Shown: piece after piece, positions 16,669-24,080 of the stretch | Layout: every line of letters starts with the position of its first letter | Position numbering within the stretch: position 1 is the stretch's first letter | Source: a virus | Taxonomy: Duplodnaviria > Caudoviricetes | Direction: 5' to 3' (one strand) | Virus record (IMG/VR): IMGVR_UViG_3300020440_000982 | Span: 1 to 32,265 of that record | DNA length: 32,265 bases | Position numbers and translations under genes: made by a program | The notes under the pieces: generated by a model | Seen by the model: only the letters and a program-made list of their open reading frames with translations | What the model was told of the DNA's origin: nothing | Database searches by the model: none

Positions 16669-17362
16669 AATTTGGGAAATGTTAGAAGGTCAAGTAAGAA
16701 ATATTATATCTACTTTTGAAAGAGAAGGTAAAGAAATATTTGAACCTACGATGAAAAAATTTAATAGACCTGAAGACGGTTGGGTTAATAGAGTATGGGA
16801 AACACCTGAAGCAAGAAGATGTCATATAGATGTTGTTGATGTTAGAGATAAAAAAGGTTTATATATGTTTCATTGTTGTGTATTTCCTCATCTTAATAGT
16901 CCTGCGCCAATATATGGATTAGATGTTATCGCTGGTGCAAATAAAGTAACAGGTTTCTTTCACGACTTTTCTCCACTTGCAAAGAGAGACCATACAATGG
17001 TAGATTGGTTTGTAAAAGAAGCAAAGAATTATGAACCATCTAAAGTAAGAGAACTACCTGAATGGGCATTGAAAATTTTTAGTCCTGGTATGATAGCCGC
17101 AAGTAATATAAAAGAAGAAAAAGAATTAAACGCAGCTTTGAGTTTAGCACAATCTAATATGGGTGCATATTTTACTCTACTGCGAAGAGAAAGAAACAAC
17201 CCAACAAAAGTAACGGAACAAGAAATTAAAGACGCACAAAATAGATATGCAAAACACCAAAGAGAAAATCCTCATACTCCTAGAGTTATGTTGTCTCTTG
17301 GTATACCTGAAGATGATGTAAAAGAATTTTGTACAGACGCCTTGTTCCCATATGTAGAATAA
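16652..17362 (+). CDS. pcyX: Ferredoxin-dependent bilin reductase, PcyX type (biliverdin to phycoerythrobilin)
   Basis: RRCHIDVVD, LYMFHCCVFP, PIYGLDVIAG..KVTGFFHDFSP, RELPEWA..IFS, QNRY...QRENPHT match the PcyA/PcyX family, with Asp at the PcyA Glu76 position and the MxHxC and NPH motifs of PcyX. Probable start ATG 16652 (GAGGT RBS). Confidence 0.85.
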   Translation: MAQRSRIWEMLEGQVRNIISTFEREGKEIFEPTMKKFNRPEDGWVNRVWETPEARRCHIDVVDVRDKKGLYMFHCCVFPHLNSPAPIYGLDVIAGANKVTGFFHDFSPLAKRDHTMVDWFVKEAKNYEPSKVRELPEWALKIFSPGMIAASNIKEEKELNAALSLAQSNMGAYFTLLRRERNNPTKVTEQEIKDAQNRYAKHQRENPHTPRVMLSLGIPEDDVKEFCTDALFPYVE

Positions 17363-18558
17363 TGGAACATTTAGAAGATTTTAAAAAGATAGTTAAGGAA
17401 TTAAAAGATGATGGACGGTATCGTGTATTCAACGATATCTTACGAACGGCAGGCGATTTTCCTAATGCTATCTGGTATTCAAAATACTCAATCAACAAAA
17501 TAGTCAACTGGTGTTCCAACGATTATCTAGGTATGGGACAACATCAATATGTGCTAGATAGTATGAAAACAGCACTAGAAACGAGCGGAGCGGGTGCTGG
17601 GGGTACAAGAAACATATCAGGCACTACTCACTATCATATTGCGTTAGAAGGCGAATTAGGGCGTCTCCATAACAAAGAAGCGGCCTTACTATTTACTTCT
17701 GCTTATAATGCCAATCAGACTACTATAGAAACTATGGCAAAGATTATACCTGATATTATGTTTATATCAGACGAACAAAATCACTCTTCTATCATTCAAG
17801 GTATTAGACATAGTAAAGCAAAAAAAGAAATATTTAAACATAATGATGTAGACGATTTAGAAAGTATTTTAATGTCAAATACTGGTCCTAAATGTGTTAT
17901 ATTTGAAAGTGTATATTCAATGGATGGTGACATTGCACCTGTAAAAGATATTGTAGATGTATGTAAAAAATATAATGCAATAACTTTTATAGATGAAGTA
18001 CACGCCGTAGGTTTATATGGTCCTACAGGTGCTGGTATATGTGAAAGAGATAATATAGATGTTGATATAATAAATGGAACATTAGCAAAGGCGTTCGGTG
18101 TACAAGGTGGATACATTGCAGGAAAGAGAGAGTTTATTGACGCAATAAGAAGTTTAGCAAGTGCATTTATTTTTACAACAAGTTTATCTCCTGTTCTTTG
18201 TGCTGGTGCTTTAACAAGTATTAAGTATGTTAAAGACCACCCAGAGTTAAGAGAAAAGATACAAGAAAGAGCGGCTAAGACAAAAGAAGAAATAGAAAGA
18301 CAAGGTATAGAAGTCTTAAAAAACGATAGTCATATTGTACCAGTAATTATAGGTGACGCTAAAAAATGTAAAGCAGTATCAGATGAATTACTTTACAAAG
18401 ATGGTATATATGTACAACCAATTAACTATCCAACGGTAGCAGTAGGTACAGAAAGATTAAGATTTACACCTACACCTTTTCATACAGACGCACACATATT
18501 TGATATGGTCGTGAAATTAAAGTCTGCAATGAAAAGATGTGGTAGAAATAGTATATGA
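17362..18558 (+). CDS. hemA: 5-aminolevulinate synthase (PLP-dependent, C4/Shemin pathway)
   Basis: GRYRVF, WCSNDYLGM, GAGAGGTRNISG, FESVYSMDG, DEVHAVGLYG, GTLAKAFG (PLP Lys), FIFTTSL, YVQPINYPTV..GTERLRFTP. True start probably ATG 17362 (TAATG overlap with the pcyX stop). Confidence 0.95.
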   Translation: MEHLEDFKKIVKELKDDGRYRVFNDILRTAGDFPNAIWYSKYSINKIVNWCSNDYLGMGQHQYVLDSMKTALETSGAGAGGTRNISGTTHYHIALEGELGRLHNKEAALLFTSAYNANQTTIETMAKIIPDIMFISDEQNHSSIIQGIRHSKAKKEIFKHNDVDDLESILMSNTGPKCVIFESVYSMDGDIAPVKDIVDVCKKYNAITFIDEVHAVGLYGPTGAGICERDNIDVDIINGTLAKAFGVQGGYIAGKREFIDAIRSLASAFIFTTSLSPVLCAGALTSIKYVKDHPELREKIQERAAKTKEEIERQGIEVLKNDSHIVPVIIGDAKKCKAVSDELLYKDGIYVQPINYPTVAVGTERLRFTPTPFHTDAHIFDMVVKLKSAMKRCGRNSI

Positions 18559-18746
18559 ATATAGGTGAAGAAATAGATTGGATATTAGTAGATGGTGGCA
18601 ATGGTTTAGATGTACTATGGTTTCTCTTAAAAAATGAACCTTTTTTACAAGTATTAATAGGTTTTGCGTTGGTAATGATTGTTTTTTGTTATCTTTTAGA
18701 CAATAAAGATACGAAATGGGATGGAGACCCTCACAGCAAATTATAA
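18555..18746 (+). CDS. Small single-pass membrane protein
   Basis: 63 aa with hydrophobic stretch FLQVLIGFALVMIVFCYLL. ATGA overlap with the hemA stop; fills the gap exactly to the next promoter. Confidence 0.6.
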   Translation: MNIGEEIDWILVDGGNGLDVLWFLLKNEPFLQVLIGFALVMIVFCYLLDNKDTKWDGDPHSKL

Positions 18747-18749
18747 ATA
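18742..18749 (+). promoter_or_regulatory. T4-type late promoter (TATAAATA) for gp13
   Basis: Exact consensus containing the TAA stop 18744-18746. Confidence 0.8.
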
Positions 18750-18773
18750 TTGCTAAAGTAAAAGGAAATAACT

Positions 18774-19580
18774 ATGGCAACTCCAAATACAAGACAAACA
18801 TTAATATCATATGCCAAGAGAGCATTAGGGCATCCTGTTATAGAAATTAATGTTGACGATGACCAAATAGATGATAGAATTGATGAAGCACTACAATATT
18901 ATCAACAATATCACTATGATGGTATTCGTAGAACATATTTAAAGTATCAATACACACAAGCAGATAAGACTAGAATTTTATCTAACGCAAGTGATAGTGG
19001 CGTAAAAAATTCTGTAACAACTACTTGGAAAGAAGGTAACAATTATATTGTTGTACCTGAAACCGTAATATCAGTAATCAATATTTTTCCTTTTTCAAAT
19101 AAAGGTAACTTAAACTTATTTGATGTAAGATATCAGATGAGATTAAACGACCTATACGACTTCTCTTCAACAAGTGTTATTAACTATGATATTGTTATGA
19201 GACAATTAGATTTCCTAGACCATATATTAGTAGGTGAAAAACCTTTGAGATTTAATCAACACGATAATAGATTATACATTGATATGGATTGGGAAAACGA
19301 TTTACAAGTAGATGAATATATTGTTATAGAAGCATATAGAAAATTAGACCCTGATACATATACAGATGTCTATAATGACATATGGTTAAAGAGATACACA
19401 ACTGCATTAGTCAAAAAACAATGGGGTGCTAATCTATCAAAATTTAATGGAGTTGCAATGATTGGTGGAGTAACTTTAAATGGACAACAAATTTATTCTG
19501 AAGCACTACAAGATGTAGAAAAATTAGAAACAGAAATTAGAAGTTCCTTTGAATTGAATCCAGCAATGTTAATAGGATAA
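18774..19580 (+). CDS. gp13: Neck protein
   Basis: LGHPVIEINVDDDQIDDRIDEALQYY..YHYDG, WLKRYTTALVKKQWGANLSKF.GV...GGVTLNG. T4 synteny. Confidence 0.92.
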   Translation: MATPNTRQTLISYAKRALGHPVIEINVDDDQIDDRIDEALQYYQQYHYDGIRRTYLKYQYTQADKTRILSNASDSGVKNSVTTTWKEGNNYIVVPETVISVINIFPFSNKGNLNLFDVRYQMRLNDLYDFSSTSVINYDIVMRQLDFLDHILVGEKPLRFNQHDNRLYIDMDWENDLQVDEYIVIEAYRKLDPDTYTDVYNDIWLKRYTTALVKKQWGANLSKFNGVAMIGGVTLNGQQIYSEALQDVEKLETEIRSSFELNPAMLIG

Positions 19581-19587
19581 AAAACAA

Positions 19588-20427
19588 ATGGCCGTTAATC
19601 ACTACTTTCAAGGCGGCGATGGCATAGGTTCAGATAACGAAAAACGATTAATACAAGATTTAATTGTAGAGAACTTAAAAATCTATGGTCACGCTGTATA
19701 TTACTTACCTAGAACTCTAGTTAATAGAGATTTAATTCTTGGTGAGGATTCTGCGTCTAGGTTTGACGATAGTTATTTAATTGAAATGTATTTTGAAACG
19801 GTTGAAGGATTCCAAGGCGAACAAGAAATAATAAGTAAGTTTGGATTAGAAGTTAGAGACGATACAACTTTTGTTGTTTCTAAAAGACGATTTCAAGAAC
19901 AAGTTGATGACAGCGCTAACTTGATGATAGATGGTAGACCTAACGAAGGCGATGTTATTTACTACCCTTTAATGAACAAGTTTTTTGAAGTTGCGTTTGT
20001 AGAAGACCAGGAACCTTTCTTTCAGTTAGGTTCTTTACCAGTTTACAAATTAAGATGTAAAACTTTTGAATATTCAAGTGAAGAGTTTAATACAGGTAAT
20101 GCAGATATTGACCAGGCAGATGATAGAAAATCACTTGATACAACTTTACAATATCAATTCTCTTTAGAAGATGGTACATTAAGTTTAACATCAACAAGTG
20201 GTAGAATACAATTAGAGAGTGGCGACAAGTTTGGTAACCCATTATATCTAATACAAGAAGAGTATGATGATATTACTACAGATGGTGACGCCGCTACAAG
20301 TATACAAACAAAATCTGCATACGCAGATAATTTAGATTTAGATACTGAAGCAGGTTTTGATACTGCAACGGTGTCAGATGATATATTGGATTTCACAGAA
20401 AGTAATCCATTCGGAGAGGTTAAATAA
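19588..20427 (+). CDS. gp14: Neck protein
   Basis: YYLPR, DLILGED..SRF, SKFGLEVRD, RPNEGDVIYYP, PFFQLG, DFTESNPFG. Confidence 0.92.
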   Translation: MAVNHYFQGGDGIGSDNEKRLIQDLIVENLKIYGHAVYYLPRTLVNRDLILGEDSASRFDDSYLIEMYFETVEGFQGEQEIISKFGLEVRDDTTFVVSKRRFQEQVDDSANLMIDGRPNEGDVIYYPLMNKFFEVAFVEDQEPFFQLGSLPVYKLRCKTFEYSSEEFNTGNADIDQADDRKSLDTTLQYQFSLEDGTLSLTSTSGRIQLESGDKFGNPLYLIQEEYDDITTDGDAATSIQTKSAYADNLDLDTEAGFDTATVSDDILDFTESNPFGEVK

Positions 20428-21239
20428 TGTTCGGAACACATTTTTATAACGAAGGTTTAAGAAGATTGACTATTGCTTTTGGTCAAATCTTTAATGATAT
20501 TATTGTACAAACAAAAGACGCAAACGATAGTGTTGTTAAAAGATTTAAAGTGCCTCTTGCATATGCACCAAAAGAAAAGTTTATAGTTAGACTTACACAA
20601 CAACCTGATTTACAAGATACAAATTTTTCTACAATATTACCTAGAATGGGTTTTGAAATATCTGGTATAAGTTATGACCCTAGTAGAAAATTAAATAAGA
20701 TGTCTAAAACTCGTATGCCTATGACAGATGGTAGTACTACAGACAATGCTAATAAAATGATTTATAATTATAATCCTGTGCCTTACAATATAACATATCA
20801 ATTGTTTATATTTACTGCAACAGCAGAAAACGGATTACAAATTTTAGAACAAATAGTACCATACTTTCAACCTGATTATACGGTTACGATTAATATGATA
20901 CCAAAGATGTCTCTAAAGCGTGATGTACCTATTGTTATAGGTGATATTAATTACGAAGATAATTATGACGGAGACTTTAATACAAGAAGAGCAGTAATAT
21001 ATACTATTAACTTTACTGCTAAAACTTATCTATACGGACCAACAACAAGTGCTGGTATAGTTAAAAAAGTACAATCGGATTTAGGTACTGACACAGAGAG
21101 TAAAGCAAGAGAAGAAAGAATAGTTATTACACCTAATCCGTCATCCGCAAAACCTGGAGATGATTTTGGGTTTACAACAACAATTAGTTTCTTTGAAGAT
21201 GGAAAGAAATTTAATCCTACAAGTGGTAGTGATACATAA
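20427..21239 (+). CDS. gp15: Tail sheath stabiliser/terminator
   Basis: MFGTHFYN...FGQIFNDI, VPLAYAPKEKF, LPRMGFEI..ISYDPSRKLN, QILEQIVPYFQP. Confidence 0.92.
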   Translation: MFGTHFYNEGLRRLTIAFGQIFNDIIVQTKDANDSVVKRFKVPLAYAPKEKFIVRLTQQPDLQDTNFSTILPRMGFEISGISYDPSRKLNKMSKTRMPMTDGSTTDNANKMIYNYNPVPYNITYQLFIFTATAENGLQILEQIVPYFQPDYTVTINMIPKMSLKRDVPIVIGDINYEDNYDGDFNTRRAVIYTINFTAKTYLYGPTTSAGIVKKVQSDLGTDTESKAREERIVITPNPSSAKPGDDFGFTTTISFFEDGKKFNPTSGSDT

Positions 21240-21251
21240 TGAGAGGTTATA

Positions 21252-21857
21252 ATGAACGATATTATAGTAAGGGACAATGCTGTTCCAGAACAATTAATTA
21301 GAAATTGTCAAAATCAATTAAATAGATTTAGTTGGTTTATATCGCAAGATATTTTACCACAACAACGACATACACTAGGTATTAATTACGATAGCAATAC
21401 CTTTTCTTCTATGATGATGGTACATAGAATTTATAATTATATGCACAAAGAACCTAGAGTTAATCCTGGATTTGAACCTGTGAAATTCTTATTACAACAA
21501 GCAGTAAAAAGTTGTGGCTTTGAATTAGACGAAGTACATAGACTAAAATTTAATTTAACTCAACCACACCCACAAAACTCAACAAACTTTTATAATGTAC
21601 CACATATAGATGATGTACAAGTAAAACATTATTCATTAATTTTGTATCCAGAGGATACAGATGGCGACACCGTATTATTTAATGAAATGCTTGAAGTAGA
21701 TGGAGAAGAAAAACCTAAACTAACAATCGCAGAAAGAGTGGCACCGAAAGCAAATCGTTGTGTAATGTTCAATGGTTGGAGATATCACGCAGGTTGTAAT
21801 CCCTATAAATATAACAGGAGAATAGTATTAAATTGTAATTTTACTATAAAAGAATAA
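21252..21857 (+). CDS. 2OG-Fe(II) oxygenase superfamily protein
   Basis: PHID (HxD), SLILYP..TDGDTVLF, PKANRCVMFNG..YHAG (distal His), RIVLNCNF (2OG-binding Arg). Confidence 0.85.
   Translation: MNDIIVRDNAVPEQLIRNCQNQLNRFSWFISQDILPQQRHTLGINYDSNTFSSMMMVHRIYNYMHKEPRVNPGFEPVKFLLQQAVKSCGFELDEVHRLKFNLTQPHPQNSTNFYNVPHIDDVQVKHYSLILYPEDTDGDTVLFNEMLEVDGEEKPKLTIAERVAPKANRCVMFNGWRYHAGCNPYKYNRRIVLNCNFTIKE
21804..21811 (+). promoter_or_regulatory. Intragenic late promoter (TATAAATA) upstream of gp16
   Basis: Exact consensus inside the 3' end of the oxygenase gene, 45 nt before the gp16 ATG. Confidence 0.55.
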
Positions 21858-22324
21858 TGGGTAAACTAGAAGATAAAGTAAATGATATTTTAGGTATCAA
21901 AGAAGAGAGTACTCCTGTAGGTGAAATGATACTACAAGAGAACAAGGTTCCTGTGCCTAGAAAAGAAGACCCTAAAAAAGATGATATAGAAAACGATTAC
22001 AAATATAGTAGAGAGAACTATTACAACTTGATTGAAAGAGGTCAAGACGCTATTCAAGGAATTTTAGATGTTGCAAAAGAGGGACAACATCCAAGAGCAT
22101 ATGAGGTGGCAGGTGCATTAATTAAAAATGTTGCAGACACGGTTGACAAACTGCAAGACTTACAAAGTAAGTTGGCGAAACTAAAAGATGTACCAAATAA
22201 AACAACTGCTAATATCAAAAATGCTTTATTTGTTGGGAGTACTACAGAGTTACAAAAGATGTTGAATAAAGATAAAGATATGAAAAAAGTAGTAGAACCT
22301 GACAAAGAGAAAACAAATGAATGA
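21857..22324 (+). CDS. gp16: Terminase small subunit
   Basis: DYKYSRENYYNLIERGQDAI.GIL.VA....HPRAYEVA, NALFVGSTTELQKML. Confidence 0.92.
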   Translation: MGKLEDKVNDILGIKEESTPVGEMILQENKVPVPRKEDPKKDDIENDYKYSRENYYNLIERGQDAIQGILDVAKEGQHPRAYEVAGALIKNVADTVDKLQDLQSKLAKLKDVPNKTTANIKNALFVGSTTELQKMLNKDKDMKKVVEPDKEKTNE

Positions 22325-23945
22325 CGCTTATCTAGGTAATCCAAATTTAAAAAAAGTAAATACAGAAATTGAATTTACACAGGAACAAATAGTAGAGTTT
22401 CAAAAGTGTCAAAAAGACCCTTTGTATTTCATTAAAAACTATGTAACTATTGTATCACTTGACGAAGGACTTATACCTTTTAAGACTTATAAGTTTCAAG
22501 ACAAGATGATTAATACTATGCACAATAATAGATTTTCTATCTATAAGTTGCCTAGACAAAGTGGTAAATCAACTACAATTATTTCTTATCTATTACATTA
22601 CGCAATATTTAATCCTAATTCTAATATTGCTATTCTTGCCAACAAATCATCTACTGCAAGAGATATATTAGGTAGATTACAATTGGCATATGAAAACTTA
22701 CCTAAATGGTTACAACAAGGTGTTATCAATTGGAACAAAGGTAACATTGAATTAGAGAATGGTAGTAAAGTTATTGCGGCCGCAACTTCATCAAGTGCTG
22801 TCCGAGGTGGTTCATATAACATTATATTTTTAGATGAGTTTGCTTTCGTACCTACAACTATTGCCGAACAATTTTTCAGTTCCGTATATCCTACTATTAC
22901 TTCTGGTAAATCAACTAAAGTAATTATAGTATCAACACCTCACGGAATGAACCAGTTTTATAAATTATGGACAGACGCAGAAAATGGTAACAATGATTAT
23001 ATACCTTTAGAAGTACATTGGTCAGAAGTACCAGGCAGAGACGCCAAATGGAAAGAAGAGACAATAAGAAACACTAGTGAAAGTCAATTTGCTAGTGAGT
23101 TTGAGTGTGAGTTTTTAGGTAGTATTGATACACTAATCAGTCCTGCAAAAATTAAATCAACCCCATACATTACACCATTACAAACAAATGGAAGATTAAG
23201 TATATTTGAAGAACCTAAAAAAGGTCATACTTATCTATGTACGGTTGATGTTGCTCGTGGCACTTTAAAAGATTATTCAGCATTTATTATATTTGATGTA
23301 ACCGATTTACCATATAAAGTTGTGGCAACATTTAGAGACAATGAGATTAAACCTATATTGTTTCCTGAAATGATTGCGAAAGTATGTACACAATATAATA
23401 AGGCACACATATTAGTAGAGGTAAATGACATTGGCGCTCAGATATCAGATGGTTTACATTTTGAAATAGAATATGATAATCTATTAATGACTACACAAAA
23501 AGGTCGTGCTGGTCAGATACTAGGTGCAATGTTTAGTCAAAGAGGTTCATCTTTAGGTGTACGAATGACTAAACAGATTAAAAAAATGGGAACTGCAAAT
23601 ATTAAAGCAATTATAGAAAGTGATAAACTAGTTATCAATGACTTTAATATTGTAGGAGAAATGTCAACCTATACCAGAAAAAATCAGAGTTGGCAGGCAG
23701 AAGAAGGTTGTAACGATGACTATATGACTTGTTTAGTTATATTAGGTTGGGTTGCTAACCAGAGATACTTCAAAGAAATGACTGATAGAAATATCAGAGC
23801 AGAAATGTATAGAGAACAAGAAAAACTAATAGAACAAGATATGGCACCATTCGGTTTCGTTGATGACGGTACTCCTGAAGAAGAAAAACCCTTTTCAGAT
23901 GAGTATGGAACGGTATGGCATCCAGTTGTACGCAAGGGTAACTAG
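22317..23945 (+). CDS. gp17: Terminase large subunit
   Basis: YLGNPNLKK, Walker A PRQSGKST, Walker B IIFLDEFAF, STPHG, RNase H-like VDVARG, NDDYMTCL. No intein or intron visible. Confidence 0.97.
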   Translation: MNDAYLGNPNLKKVNTEIEFTQEQIVEFQKCQKDPLYFIKNYVTIVSLDEGLIPFKTYKFQDKMINTMHNNRFSIYKLPRQSGKSTTIISYLLHYAIFNPNSNIAILANKSSTARDILGRLQLAYENLPKWLQQGVINWNKGNIELENGSKVIAAATSSSAVRGGSYNIIFLDEFAFVPTTIAEQFFSSVYPTITSGKSTKVIIVSTPHGMNQFYKLWTDAENGNNDYIPLEVHWSEVPGRDAKWKEETIRNTSESQFASEFECEFLGSIDTLISPAKIKSTPYITPLQTNGRLSIFEEPKKGHTYLCTVDVARGTLKDYSAFIIFDVTDLPYKVVATFRDNEIKPILFPEMIAKVCTQYNKAHILVEVNDIGAQISDGLHFEIEYDNLLMTTQKGRAGQILGAMFSQRGSSLGVRMTKQIKKMGTANIKAIIESDKLVINDFNIVGEMSTYTRKNQSWQAEEGCNDDYMTCLVILGWVANQRYFKEMTDRNIRAEMYREQEKLIEQDMAPFGFVDDGTPEEEKPFSDEYGTVWHPVVRKGN

Positions 23946-23961
23946 TGAAGATACCCTATAC

Positions 23962-23969
23962 CATAAATA
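23962..23969 (+). promoter_or_regulatory. Late promoter variant (CATAAATA) for gp18
   Basis: ATAAATA core in the gp17-gp18 gap. Confidence 0.7.
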
Positions 23970-24037
23970 TAAGCGATTGAGAAATTTGAATATGGGCGTA
24001 TGAATAATACGAATTTTGATAAAGGTAAACAACATTA

Positions 24038-24057
24038 TGTATTTTTATAAAAATACA
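24038..24057. repeat. Perfect 20-bp palindrome TGTATTTTTATAAAAATACA in the gp18 leader
   Basis: Self reverse-complementary, ending about 10 nt before the GAGGAG RBS. Confidence 0.8.
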
Positions 24058-24080
24058 AGAAAAATAGAGGAGAAAACCTA

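Noticed and set aside
16634-17361. Track starts for pcyX (16634) and hemA (17329), and GTG 15170 for the HO paralogue
   Set aside because: Downstream ATGs (16652, 17362, 15176) have better RBS or stop-start coupling and match family N-termini.
16652-17362. Calling the reductase PebS or PcyA and the phage a cyanophage
   Set aside because: Motifs fit PcyX (Asp in place of PcyA Glu76, MxHxC, NPH), ALAS is not cyanobacterial, and no photosynthesis genes are in the window.
17362-18558. BioF/Kbl/serine palmitoyltransferase identity for the PLP enzyme
   Set aside because: WCSNDYLGM, GGTRNISG, GRYRVF and INYPTV are ALAS-type, and the context is tetrapyrrole metabolism.
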